NCBI GenBank assembly: GCA_905331295.1
Contig: CAJNYD010000005.1
Span: 1-64,000, forward strand
Origin: Rotaria socialis
Lineage: Eukaryota
Direction of reading: 5' to 3'
Length of the DNA stretch: 64,000 nt
Made by a program: the position numbers and the translations under genes. The number at the start of each line of letters is the position of its first letter. Position 1 is the first letter of the stretch. The notes beneath the pieces are model-generated. The model saw only the letters and a program-made list of their open reading frames with translations, searched no databases and was not told the DNA's origin. Below, piece by piece: positions 22,999 through 42,613 of the stretch.

Positions 22999-25115
22999 AT
23001 AATTATATTTCAAAAACGATAAAATCTAATGATTTATTTTGCAAAGTGAAACAGTCACAGTCAATTTAGAGAAAAAAAGCGATGAAAACTAGTATTTTTC
23101 TTTTTCAGTTTCAGAAAAGTTGTGAAAATTAATTAGAAGATTCCTCATGTTGGATTTACTTATATAAAACTTCACTTTGTTGATAAATCTTAGAATAATC
23201 ATCAGATATCAAGCTACGTTTGTTTGTTTAAACGTCATAAGCTAAGTTAAACGGTCGTCTTATTTTATTTATGAACAATTGCAGTTTAACATCTAGATCG
23301 TAGTAAATACCATGCTCCGGAAAAAAATAGTTTTCATTTAAACAGCAATCATACGTACAATTTGTTTACGATATTCGATTAACTGTCTTTTCTACTTTAC
23401 ATTTATATTCTGTTGGATATTTGCATTGCAAAGTTGTTCATCAATTAGGCAGTTTTATGACTTGAAAGATTAATGATGGTTGATGTTTATTTGAGTATCA
23501 TCAAAGAAGTGTACGTTTATTTTACTGTGCAAAAGATTAACATTTCATTTGTTCTGTTTCAATGATATACATATTTTCATGTCATTCATAATGAACATAA
23601 ATGATTGCATCATTTATTTGTCTTTTTTATTTTGTTTAAAAGTTATCCTTTTGTCCAACATCTTTGTGAAAAAAACAAAAACTCAACTAATACATACATT
23701 GATGATACTACCCAAAGTAAATATAGTTGTGACTACTGCTTTCAATGTTTTATTTTCTTGTTTCAACAATGGACACGAATCAAGATCAAAAACTCTTAGT
23801 TGTACTATTTTTCTGATGATAATCATATGGACAGTATTTGATTCCACATTATTGCAATGTAGAAAACATTTTGAGTTGCATCTGAGATGGAAGTTGTGAG
23901 TCTTGGCTGAAATATTGCAGAGTGATTGAATTCAAACTAGATAAATCTTATATATATATATATATATATATAATCTATTCAATAAGTCATACGTCCTTCC
24001 ATCCTACCACGATTAATCAAGTAAAAATTTAAAGCTATTACTCATATAAAGCATTTCACTAAGAACTACTTTGCCTTCAAAATTAAATTCAAAGAACTGA
24101 CAACAAAGCTTATGTAACTGGGTAAAGAAGGATGGGACCGTTGAAATTTTCACTTAAAAAAAAAGCTTATAACCATCTCTAATGATAATGTATAGAAAAT
24201 AACAGCAAAATGACCAAGTGAAACATACTGTATAGAAATAAAAAGAAACAATAAACAAAAATATACACCCCGCCCAAATTATTGTTTAGTGTTGCGCAAT
24301 TGATATTTGATCAAACTATTGTTTCTGACAGAAGCAACCAAAAATCATCATCACTCGAAAAAGCTTAATTTTGTATTGTTTTAATCGATTCAAACGTTCG
24401 AATTATCTCCTTGTTTCTCATATTTTAGTTTAGTTTATGTGGAATATGAGATTTCTTTTGATATAATTTTAATGCATTCATGGATTTTTTTCGAAAAAAT
24501 TAATTAAATTACCTATTTTATAAACTGTATTCACTAATGAAAAGTCTAAGAAATAAAAATAACCTTAGTACAGATATTCAGAAGTTTCCTAATCTATTAA
24601 AAACTGAATATATATATATATATATATATATATGCAGTTTGTAAGAACTGTGAATGATATTTGTATAACTCAACTTTGTTTTATAGCTTAATTAAAGAAT
24701 AATGTACAACTTATTTACTCATATTACTTTATATAATGAATTTCATCCAGTAGTTGTATGTCGTCAGATTAATCAGCGTTTCTTTTCATTGATAAAGTGA
24801 CGATGGATAACCTAAATGTGTCCTTTATGCTATTCTTTTTTCATGTTTCCTTTTCGATGATAACGTCCATAAAATAATGAATATTTCGCGTAAAGATAGA
24901 AAGTAAAGACTATGCCACCAGAAAGAGAACAAGACATTATGATTTACTTCTGAATAGAGACAATGGGGACAGACTATTTTTTATCTGCTCTCTGTTTACT
25001 GAGTCTGATAAAGATGGAGTCTCCTTATCACATGTGCCTTGATGCATATATTTGATAATGTCATACGATAAATACCTTTCAGTTTCGATTCATTTTCTGT
25101 ATTGTTTCTGTAATA

Positions 25116-26867
25116 ATGAAAACCGCTATTTTTTTATTATTGCTCTATGTATCGAAGTACGATGGGCATCCGCTTCGATATAATCAGCACAAACAACATG
25201 GTTCATCGCTACCCGAAAAATATCGTATTTCACCTAAAACAGGCGTCCGAATTGCATTGCCTAGTCGGTAGATTTTCGTGTATAATGATATTGTACGAAG
25301 TAAAATTTGTTCTCTCATTTTAAGCACCTGAACAACTTCAATGGCAAGCTCAAGAAATCGGGGTATTAATTCATTTTAATATAGCAACATACATAGCAGC
25401 TGACGGATGTTCTGGACAATCAGTTCCGAATATTTCTCTATTCAATCCATATCTATTTAATACAGACAATTGGGTTCAGACTATGCTCGACTTGGGAGCT
25501 AAATCAGCTGTACTTGTAGCAAAAGTAACCTTTATTTTATTGACAATGTTTATACATAATATTTTTATTGATAACAATAGCATGCCTGTGGTTTTCATAT
25601 GGCTCCAACCGATGTCAAATTTCCGTTGAGTCCTTTTGGTGAAGTTATTCCATATAACTATTCAATTGATTATTCACGAGTGAAGGGTATAGATGTTCTT
25701 GGTAATTTTGTTCAGAGTTGCGAAAAGAAACAAATAAGAACCGGCTTTTATTATACAGTTGTCAGTAACAATTGGTTTAATGTTGAAAGTGGTTTAGTAA
25801 GCTAACCGTTTTATTCAAGATTTTCTTGCATCATGATAATTTGTTTATTTGTGATTCAGATTCAAAACCGTACATTACAACCAGGTCAAGTTAATGTTAC
25901 ACAAGAAACCTATGATAATGTTGTATTACAACAATTAAGAGAAATTTGGAGTAGATACGGTACTTTAAATGAAATTTGGTTTGATGGCGGGTTCGTTGAA
26001 TCAAGCGAGAAAATATTGCTCAATTGATAATGCATCTTAATTCCATTATTATTTTAGATATACATCAGCACTTAAAGATCCGATAACTGCATTACTTGCT
26101 AATCTTCAGTCTCAAGCAGTAGCATTCAATGGTTATGGTGTATCCTCGAATCCTGCTCGATGGATTGGTACTGAAATGGGTATTGCACCTGATCCAAATT
26201 GGTCAACAGGCATAACGAATGATGGTGGTGATCCAAATAGTCCAATATTTTGTCCAGCGGAATGTGATACAACTCTTCAAGAACATGATCGTTGGTTTTG
26301 GGTACAATTATATTGAAAATAATTAAGAATTTGTTTTGCTTTTGACGATCTTTTATTTAGGGCGTCAATTCAACACTGCGTTCACTTGAAGAATTAATTC
26401 AAGTCTATCATGAAACAGTTGGTCGCAATTGCTTATTGATGCTTGATCTTACTCCTGATCGAACAGGTCTCATTCCACCTGCTTATGCACGTCGTTATAA
26501 ACAATTAGGTGATTTCATTCGTTCATGCTATGGGACCTCCGTTGAACCTACGAAACGTCTTACATTAGATCATTCAAATATATATATTCAGTTGTTTGAT
26601 TCATCACCAGTTACAATTGATCGTTCCGTTATTCAAGAAGATCAAACAAACGGTCAAGTCATACGTGCGTATACTGTTGATGTACAAATAGTTAATACAA
26701 CAGATACAAACCAATGGTTTACAGTAGCGCAAGGCACAAGTATTGGTAATAAGAAAATTGATGTTTGGCAAGGAGGACCACAATTAATCAACGCCGTTCG
26801 ACTAACGATTACAAAATCTGTTGATCAACCTGTAATTAAATCGTTTACTGTTCATTTATGCGATTAA
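25116..26867 (+). CDS. Secreted alpha-L-fucosidase (GH29, bacterial/plant GH29B-like) with a C-terminal F5/8-type/CBM32-like domain; 6 exons
   Basis: Signal peptide MKTAIFLLLLYVS; PTPEQLQWQAQEIGVLIHFNIATY, AVLVAKHACGF, EIWFDGG (nucleophile), PAECDTTL, WFW, YHETVGRNCLLMLDLTPDRTGLI, IQEDQTNGQVI, GTSIGNKKI; introns ~25264-25324, 25525-25580, 25797-25859, 25991-26057, 26302-26360. Confidence 0.92.
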
Positions 26868-27289
26868 AACAATATTTTCAGTTGTATTTATTTTATGCAT
26901 ACATTTTGAGTAAAATTTAGAATAAGACTCTTTACCATGTAATAAGATAAGTACATTTTGTAATCGGTAGAGATTTTATCGAAGTTAAAAGAAAAACCAA
27001 TGCTTGAAAATACAACAAAAACACGGTAGAAAACACGATCTAGACATGTATTTACAAATATTGCTGCGAAGTAATTATTATTTTGTAAATTTTAATATCC
27101 ATAAATTTATTAGTCTACTCCAGTTTTGTTGCTTCCATCATGCAGTAAGCGTTATTAAATCAAAGTGTCTACTCTTTGCCGTTAACTAACAGAAATTTAA
27201 TTTAACATATATAATCAATTAAACTAACGTAGCATTGATCTACTGGCTTGACAAATAACTGTAACTGAAATAGTTATGTTTCATATAAA

Positions 27290-28250
27290 AAATACGCTAT
27301 TCATAGAGCATATCTCAAAATCGATAGGATATTTCATAATCAAGTTCTAATTTTTCATTTACCCATATAAAGTAGACGAAGAAACTGGTTTCAAAAGTAA
27401 ATAAATCTTTCTTGTGCATTTATTCTTCTTCAATGTTACACATTTAATTAGTTTCTATTCTTTAATATTGATAGTGGTGGAGATAGCAAGATGACGAGCT
27501 ATCCCCACTTCTTCTATAGAAATCTTTTAGTTTTCTCTTGAAATGAAATGAGTTTATATATCACAGGCGGACAAAAATAATACCTACTATTTAGCAGCGA
27601 ATGGCGACTGAAGAAAGTGTTCTTAAAAATTTGATTATTCCACGACTGATTATGAAATACGCATTTTTTAAGGCATTTTTTATTAATATAACAAGAGGAA
27701 ACGTATATTCCAGCGTTGACTCCCCCTCTACAGCACTAACCGTTCCAAAAGATCCAATGACAAAATAACTTTACAAAACGAATAATAGTCGTTCTGATAT
27801 GTTAACAGTTTGATGTAATCCACAATATTTCTTATTCCTAGGCAAGAGCAATTTAAGCGATTCAGTAATCATGCATTCAATAATTAAGTTTCATTAAACA
27901 ACACACAGAGTTCTCTTATTTTATTCATCTCCTTAGACTAGATTACTGAGTGAGCAGAATGAATATCATTATAGTGTTATAGAATTAATGGAATAAAACG
28001 AAAGACTAAACCGTTAAAAATGAATATAAAAAATACATGAGCTTTCGACCTTTGTTGTCAAAATGAAGTTTATTTTTCTTGAACCCATTTTTCAATGTTT
28101 GAAGGAATTCAATTCAATGCCAAACATTCTTGCTGCTTCTCACGACTTGAGATGTCTACGAATTGTTATGATAATCATGTGCTCTGCTTATTATCTATTG
28201 TCAAGTTTTTACAAAAGTAATAGTTGCGCTGTTGTTGTCAAAATCTACAG
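27290..28250 (-). pseudogene. Possible heavily decayed hAT transposase relic
   Basis: Ordered minus-strand fragments TIRRHLKS (BED-like), SQRWNIRFLLL (TRWNS-like) and YLLLKPVSSST..MKYP, with many stops and frameshifts. Confidence 0.3.
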
Positions 28251-29568
28251 AAAGTAAAATGATCAAATAATAAGTCTTTTGATTAAGGTGCATGTTTTTC
28301 AATCGGATTTTAATGTAAGCACAGAAAAATCCGCTCATTCAGCTTTTTACGGATTTCAACGAAACTTCGCATTAATTATTATTAACCAAAGCAGTATTTT
28401 AATCGATTAAGAACTCAACTTTCTTCAAACTGATAGCTAATATAATTCATGTATGGAATATTATTTACCTTATTATATTTTATTTTACTCCACGAGATAT
28501 ATTGTTTACAAAACTGTTTTAGACGAAACACTTCTGTGTGACCCGAAACGGAAATACTCTTTATCAAGAAAAGTACTACTAAAAATAAATGAAAAAATGG
28601 TCATACCGACCGATTGCTATCCATTTGTAATAACGAAAAGGTTAATTGTATAAAGTCCATCAGATTGAAAGTCTTCTGATGATTTTGTTTTATGAACTAT
28701 TGAAATGAATAACATAAAAGTATTGATTGATAGAAATATTCAACATTTGAAATCCATTTTTTAATAAATAAATAATATAGAAAATCCTAAGACAATAAAT
28801 TGTCAGATGCGTTTTATTGCTTTTCGCTCAATTATTCTATATGTCGTTCTAAAAATACAAAAGTCAGTCTGTCAACTTCAAGTGTTCGTGAGTGAATGTT
28901 GTATGCATCGGACAGTACAATTTGCTAGCCAATAATGAAAATCATGTATTTATAGAGTTCTACTATTATACTTCAGCTTAAGTCATTAGTTTTGTTTGTG
29001 GATAAACTGAGTTATTTTCCAGCTTAGATTTATGAATATTTACGGAATTACTAAAAGTGGTAAGACATTTAGTAATTTGAATTTCACTCTATTAAACTAG
29101 ATGACCCACACCGAGGAATGAACTAGTCTTCAGTATAAAATAATAAATCATTCGGCACTCCTCACTCTCTGATCGCAAACTGAATCTTTTGGTTTTTAAT
29201 TTAATAAGTAATTATCTGATTTGCATGACAAAGTACTTCGATGCACTTTTTCTAAATATTTAAAGGCTTTACTTTTATCTATAGAAGTACGTCTCAAAAG
29301 ATTATCAGCATTTGAATAGATATATTCATTTATATTTAATATAAAAATGATCTCTTGTACGTGCAACTTATGAAAATATTCAATTCTTTTTTTTCTTCTC
29401 ATAAACAAAAAGTTGATATAAGATGCGATCAAAAATAAATTTTTAATCTGAAATCAAAAAATGAATACAGAGACAATCGATTTTATTCTGATTTTTGTTA
29501 ACACACATATTATTCAATACATGCATGTAGTTTCTATTTTAAAATTTTGATTGTCCCCTTGAAACAAT

Positions 29569-30922
29569 TTACGCTTTAATTGATAATGTCGTTAAAAGTA
29601 ATTGCTCTTCTATTTCCACTTCTACTTCTTCTTTATTTTTCTGTTCGATTGGCTTTCTTGATTTGCCTGTATCTATTGATACTACAAAATAATGTTCATG
29701 AATAAGCGTCATAATAGACACTAGCATAGAAAGAATTAAACATAATATTTGCATTGGTATTGTAAGAAGGACTTGCTCAATAAAACCGATAGCTGTAGCA
29801 CCTGCAACAAATATCTTTAAACATGCAAAAGCATCTGCTGGTCGAGTCTCTGCATAAAATATACCCATGACAGAATATATTAATGTTGTATATATGGTGT
29901 CCCCTATACTTAGACCAATAATCAATATAATAAATATTTCAATACGATTTTGATCCAATGGTGGTTTCCATAGTAGTAATAAAAGTCCAAAAATAATTAA
30001 ATGAGCAAATGCACCAAAAGCAAAAATGAAAACACGCCGAGGAAATAAATCACTCAATTTTCCAAAAAAGAGACTATTAAGAGCATTAACACCGCCGAGT
30101 ATAGCAAACACAAGAAATTTTTGGCTTTTATCAAAAATCAGTGGAGGTACAGTGGCATATATAAATCCTTGAGCTAATCCACTATAGCACATTGTTGGAA
30201 TGAGTAAAGCAAAACGAGGATCGCGAATTATTGATAAACTAGATAGAATTGATTGTTTTTCTAATACACATGTATATATATATATATATATATAGGATAT
30301 TACTTATGGTCAATAATAGAAACAATGTTTTACCTGTTGTTTTTGGTAATTCTATCGGTCGTATAAATAATAAACTAATTGTTCCTAATCCACTAATAAC
30401 TGTCATTATTGTAAACAGAATCCATTGGTCAAACTTCAAACGAAATAAAAATGAAGCAATCAAATTTCCAACTATTTGATTCAATTGCAATACACCAAAA
30501 AACATACCATTCATAAAACCTCGTGTTGATGATTGTACTAAATTATTTATTTGCTCGTGTTTATTTGTAGATATTGTAACGTAGACACCTTGAGCTGTCC
30601 ATAGTAGGGCTGCTCCAAAACCAAGTAAAAATGCACATATGTATAATGACCAAATATTATATCGTATATTACAAGCAATAAATAATGCATATGTTATACT
30701 CGAAAGAATTAATGTTAATCGTACACCTAATAATCTTATTATATATGCTGACAAACCCGCATTACTTACGCAGATTAGTAAATAAATAATGCCTATTGCA
30801 AAGGCACCACTTTTAGCATAATCAGATGATGTTTGAAATGTTTGTGCAACAGAATAAGAAGTGAAAATAAAGAAAAAAGATACGCTTAAATGGGTTATAT
30901 TGTAAAAATTTGATCGATCCAT
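29569..30922 (-). CDS. UNC93-like/MFSD11-like major facilitator superfamily membrane protein (2 exons)
   Basis: FFFIFTSYSVAQTFQTS, LLGFGAALLWTAQGVY, NQIVGNL, LLIPTMCYSGLAQGF; about 11-12 hydrophobic segments; intron 30261-30333. Confidence 0.88.
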
Positions 30923-32673
30923 TTGTTTGTGAATGAATCGTATAAAATGATGCCGTGTGCATTTACCTACAAACCTTGATCGCCTACTCGTATTTCCTTT
31001 GGTTTTTACTTTTTTTTAAGTAAGCGAATCAATTCTTACTCTTCACGCTTTCCTTATATTGATAAAGGTAACCAGCTGGTATGTATATTAAAAGACACAT
31101 ACTCAAGTATAACTGATAAAAATCGTAGACTGATTGTATAAAGTTACCAGTATCAAAATGACAATATTTTCTTATCTCAATTATTGAGAAGTCACAAAAA
31201 AATAGCTGACAAACATTAATTTTATTCGTTTCCTTGCATATCTGATGGAAGTTTTAAGAATAATATTTTGTGAATGAATTTATGATGAAATCAAAACGAA
31301 TACATATTGATCAATAATTCCATAGAAAAATTTCTAGATAGGTCTTCATTCGATATCGCAATCGGAATAGTACTTGAAAATATTACCATATGCTTTGTTT
31401 TTTTCGTTAATGTAATAATGTTATAAATATATTTGTTTAAACGCAACCTATGAAAGAAACGTTTTATTTTTTGTAGTTTTTATTTAATTCGATTATTCAT
31501 CGAAAGTAATTGAGAGAATTTCTCATCAGAATATCGATTATATTTGCAATAGATCATCAATGCACAATAAACATTATTTAACAGCCACAAGAAAGAATAA
31601 GCAAATTATCATTCTAGTCAATATTATGAAAATCGGTAAAAGTAAAAGCTGTTCAAACAAACTTCACCATCGATACCTATGAATAAAGATATTTTCAATT
31701 CTTTCAGTGATCAATTATTTGTAAGACCATTTACAGGACATTAATGATGCTGAGAAACATTTCAGAGTAATAATTCACTTAGATACGTTTATAATACTAC
31801 CTAATAGGCACTATTTCAGTCATCCAAATAAATATTCCATATTCCTCTATTAAAAAAACACATAACATCTTCAACTAATAAGTTTGATCGTTTGGAAACT
31901 ATATCTCCGACAAAACGAAAATTAGATTGCTATAGTTAGCTTCAAGCAGTAATCGATTTTTTTTCTAAAATTTGCATATCGGTCCTAATCTGATTGCACA
32001 ACATTCAGAAGCGCTCGTGTTTCAATAAAATTAATATTAATAATTCAGTTGATTCTCAAAAAATGCAACTATTAATTATTTTTTCAACTGAACACTGACA
32101 AAAGAATTATGATATCAATTGTATAGTTTATTGTCATATTACTAATGTGATTTTAGTGGCATTTTTAATGGTAATAGACAAGAACAAAAAAAGACAGAAA
32201 TAGTGAGAACTACAATAATAAGATTTCACTCTTAATTCTTTTTCTTTTAATTCACAAGTTTTAATTTTCAAACAAGCAAACAAGCAAACAAACGAATAAT
32301 AAATTGATCGAGCTACTGTGGAAAAAAATGCACATAGCAAAATTGAAAAAACAAACAACAGACACAAATTTGTCATTTGATTTTGTTTTTAATGATTTTT
32401 GTTGCATCTTTCAGATGTACAACGATAAGAAAAGAAGATATAGACAGAGAAACAAAAAAGAGCAAAAACACAAACACATGTTTTTTTTACCATTCTAATG
32501 TTGTATTCAGTAAGACACCCGGAAATGTTCGTTAGTCGATTTTGCACAAAACAAAACGCACCTATAGATATGTATAAATTGCGATAAATAATGAGTTTTG
32601 TGTAGAAATTACATTGGGTGGATTATCAAAAGAGCAAAAATTACAGAATGAAAAGAAAAGAAAAACATACAAA

Positions 32674-35014
<2,341 letters not shown>

Positions 35015-35531
35015 CGATTTTAACGTATACTAATATAAATATGAAGTACGTGCCAAGATCTATTAAACAAATGAAAGAACGAATGAAAATAAACATAAAG
35101 AATAGAAATAAAAAAATGTAGCAGTTCATATATCTTCATAAAGACTTTTATCAATGGTGTGTTACATTACCCAATGAGTTTTTTTGCAATCTATTCATTT
35201 ATGCATTTCAAAATGTCTAGATTATCCTCCTCTGTCAGACATCGATCAATACATCAAAATGGCCACTGCCAGCTTCTATATGATTGCTCCGTTCGCCGAT
35301 ACGGACAGACATATAATAGATATTGATTGATTAATGAATGTTTCTTTTGTTTTATTATCAAACATTCTAGATTGTCCTATTTCAATTTTCCGTTGATATT
35401 TTTTTTTAATTTTCTGTATTCAAATAAAATAATTTCAATTTTAACAAAGAATTATGATCTAAAGTATGTTAAGATAGATTTACTCTTTGTTCACCATTTG
35501 TTTGTAATATCTTTTTTTTTCTATAGAGAAA

Positions 35532-38618
<3,087 letters not shown>

Positions 38619-38635
38619 ATTCTCTTCTGTGGTTT

Positions 38636-38661
38636 GTGTGTGTGTGTGTGTGTGTGTGTGT
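38636..38661. repeat. (TG)n microsatellite in the groucho 3' UTR
   Basis: Direct reading. Confidence 0.95.
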
Positions 38662-39151
38662 CTAATCTTTTCCCTTCTAAATGTTGTCTGTTAATAGTGA
38701 CTGTGTTCTGTTTTTGTCATCAAAATTCTTTTTTTTTTCTTTTTTCATTTATTATCCTGTACATACTGTACCACTAGACAGTTAGTAGAATCGATCTGCG
38801 CTATGTTTCTGTCTATTTTACAAACAGGCACATAGATTTATGTTCTTTCTTTCTCAAAAATGTGCTTGTTGCGTTCCTTCTCATTTTTGTGTGTGTCTAA
38901 TGTGTATTACTCCAACCTACATTCGTCGTCTTCTTCTTTTTTCATATATTCACTTATGTATTTGTCAATGAATTTAATATGGAGGATGATGAACAAAACA
39001 AAAAAAAAACTGAACTTATTGGAATACTAGTCTATTAAACTGATGAAAAAAAAGTAGAGCAATTATTTATATATTATTCAAGAACATGATTAGTGTAAAT
39101 CAACATTATATTTTCTACGAAAAGAATTTAGGATATATTTGGCTTAAGGAT

Positions 39152-39975
39152 TAGGTATGTACCGAACCCGAACAACCCGAGTTCGGCCGTACCCAGGTTG
39201 GATAACGGGATTCCTGTATCTACTTATGCGTATCCTTCAAAGTATAGAAATGAATAACAAATAGTATCTATAGATAGATAATAAAAAATGATTTCATTTC
39301 AAAGGTTTATCGTCTCTTCCTCAATCTATCATAGATAATCTTATTTATCAGGAAAGCATACAATTAATTGAGTTTTTATTAATATTTCTCTTGGACTCAG
39401 CTACAGGAAATCGTCGAATGGTTCTTCTTATTGAAATGATCCTTCTGATAGTCTAAGTAGGAATGTGAGAATTTGAATACTACAAATACAATCTAGTATT
39501 GGTGATATTGATATTTGCATTATTAGTATTGATATTGTGAGTAGGCCGATGGAAAAAAAATCATACATCTGTATTTCCGGAAAATTTAATAAGGAGAAGC
39601 ATTCGACGATTTCTTGTAGTTGAGTCCAAGATAAATATTAAGAGAAGCTCATTTAGCTGTACCCGTTCCTGACAAATGAGATTAACTATGATAGGCGGAC
39701 GTGAACAGGGCAAAGGATCTTTGACATGAACTCATCTTTTACCACCTGTTATATATCCGTAGGTGCTGTTTATTATTCATTTCTATGCTTCGAAGGATAC
39801 GATTAAGTAGACCCGTGAATCCCAGTATCGAATCTGGGTATGATCGAGCCCGGATAGTACCGAGATCCCGGTATGACCGAACCGAATACCGAGTACGACC
39901 GAACGAAGGAAGTACCGAATCTGGGTAGTGTTGACCCGAACTACTCGGTTTATAGCCGGGTTCGATGCATGCCTA
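39152..39975. mobile_element. 824-bp hAT-type non-autonomous element with a long internal foldback
   Basis: TIRs taggtatgtaccgaacccg / cgggttcgatgcatgccta (16 of 19 match); TSD ttaaggat (39144-39151) / ttaagggt (39976-39983); subterminal ccgaa/cccga motifs; imperfect inverted arms centred near 39510. Confidence 0.85.
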
Positions 39976-40216
39976 TTAAGGGTAAGTACTTTATTTTCAC
40001 ACACAAACATATATGTATATTGATTGAGAATTCTATTCAAGATAGCGATTCTAAACTATGTTGATTAATAACTATTTTATTTTTAATACATATAGCTACA
40101 AATCGAATCAAATTAATTCTTCTTTCGTTTTCATTTGTTTTATTATTTGTAAGAAACAAAAGACATGCAACGGCCATTTGTTCTCGTAATGCTACTTGAT
40201 TAAATTTGAGAAAGTG

Positions 40217-40899
40217 TTTTTGATGCGGTGCGAAGCACAGCATTTATGTAGTCCGTCGCGAGTTTTTTTTAATGCGATGAGAAGCAGAAGCATTTATGTA
40301 GTCCGTCGCGAGTTTTTTTTTTGCTTCTTTCTAACTTGAGTACGCATAAAAGCTCTAATAAAGTAGCGCGATGATCTAGAGAACCGTAAGTGATAGAAAA
40401 TCCATTCAAACTAGATATAAAACTATGGAGGTGGAGCTTGTTACATCTTTTTTCCAATTTTCAATACTAGGCTTCGTTCGCCTAAAAATATCATTCGACA
40501 ATGATGATTTTGAAACGTTTTATTGTTTTATCGTTTCGCGCTAATTAAAATGACGTCATCAAGTAATAGTAGCCAATAGTCTATTTCTTCGCATCTGATC
40601 TAAGATAGTGAATCATTAAAATAATTAATCGTTCAATGAAAAAAATTGTTAGACAACTGGTTGTTACATTTTCAGAGAGATTTCCTAGTGATGAATTTCA
40701 AAATGGTCGGTTTAAGAATAGTGAATGCGAAATTTTTATTCAAAATTCGTATACGGAAATTAAAAAAGAATAAACGTTTGTAATGAATCGTAAAGTGAAT
40801 CATTTATTTTTAAATCTTATTCTCGCTACTTTCGAAAATTCGGCTCGTGTGCTTCGCACCGCATTTCGTAGTCGAGTGAAACTCGAATACCATCTAGTT
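40217..40899 (+). mobile_element. Second Helentron/Helitron-type non-autonomous element
   Basis: 17-bp IR atgcggtgcgaagcaca (40223-40239) / tgtgcttcgcaccgcat (40848-40864); 3' hairpin tcgagt-gaa-actcga (40872-40886) followed by CTAG-TTT; T-run at the 5' end. Confidence 0.72.
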
Positions 40900-42047
40900 T
40901 GATTTCTAAACAATTATCTAAATATTAATAATGTAATGAAATTGTTTTTTACTTCGAAGAAAAGAATTCTTAAAAAGTCATATTCAACAATTAGAAATTA
41001 CATTGATATTTATCAATGAAACCAAAGCATCGATGTCAATTTTGTCTGTTGAATGGTGATGGAACACATATTTATTCAGCATCGATATGAATTATAAAAT
41101 ATCGTTGTAAAACTATGCATAAAATAAATATATTCGTTTGGTACATATTTAGTTAGCAAATCATTTTTGAACAATATTTATTTCCAAATCTAAAAATTAG
41201 TTAATTCAAATTGTCTTAAATACTAGAACGTAACGTTGGCATTGATTTTCACGCTTATTCCACTGAAAGAAAATAATAACTTTTCATTAGTATGAAAGGA
41301 AACAAAATTCAGTTCGTTTTTAAATATTGTCTAGCTGTTAGAATAAATGTATAATTGATCGATAGTAGTGACAAATTGATAAAACCTAACGTTCTTGATA
41401 ATTAAATTATTTTAAGTTTTTTTTCTTTATTATCAATGATTATATTTAGATGAGAGAAATGAACTTCGTTGCTTTAATTCACTGAACGAAATTGACAAAG
41501 TGAAAAAAAAGCATCCTATAGAAGTGTTTACATTTTCATCTAAACTGTATTGAGGTTTATGTTTTTTCTCCAAAAACGAAGATTTTATTTACTATAGATC
41601 ATTGTCGTCCAAGCAGGCGGTAATTAGTTGCGGATGAATACCTGATCAGTTAAGGGGTTGCTGTCGAGCAACCTGTTGCTCTAATGATGTTTTTTTCTCT
41701 CATTCTTACTTCGTTTGCCCAGTTGATAATTGATCAATTGCCAAATGTACACATATACTCACCTGTATGCGTGCGAACCTGACTTGCCCAACAGTATTCT
41801 ATCTCTGTTGGGTATATGAATATGCACATTAGAAAAGAAAAAAGAAACACAGAGAGACACAAAGAGAGAGAGAGAGAAAGGGAGGGAGAGGTAGAGGGAG
41901 AAAGAAAACAAGATTACATACCTCAACGACAGCCATGATATCAACATCAAGCAGGGCTGTAGCTTTTTCTCTTCGCATGCACCAGTAAGCATCTTGCATG
42001 CAAGTTCGATGAACGAAAACATATATAAATATATACATGCATTCTAT

Positions 42048-42078
<31 letters not shown>

Positions 42079-42613
42079 TATATTGATATTTATATACAGA
42101 ATAAGAGGGAGAGAGGGCCGTAAAAGTAAGAATATACTAGTGATGCAATTACAACAGACATATTGTCAACATTGAAGGTCTACGCACTTAAATGTGTGTA
42201 GAAGGGTAGCGATTGACATGCAGAGTAACAGAAAACCAGAGACACGATATATAGGAAAGGGCGAGAGTTATCCAGAGAAAAATTTTAGTAATTCTAAAAC
42301 AATGTAAGTTAACTAAAAAGACATTTTCATTCTGAATAATATCTCGATGAGTTTAAAAAAATACGCTATTCTTGTTTAAGACAAAATAGAAATTAATGTA
42401 TATATATATATATATATATATGCTTGAAATTGGAAATCAAATCTTTTGTTTTACAATATGAAGTATTAAAAAAGAAAATTATAAAAAACGATAAGATACT
42501 TAGTGTAAGGAGATGCCAGTATTATTTTCTATTAGAATCATAAGAAATTAGTAGTCTTGTATGAAACGATTGATTTTTATTATAATTCTAGGATTCTCTA
42601 ATAGCCGGCGTGC

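Noticed and set aside
21000..23900. Possible decayed gene(s) around the DINE-like element
   Set aside because: Only short interrupted frames; no motif I can support
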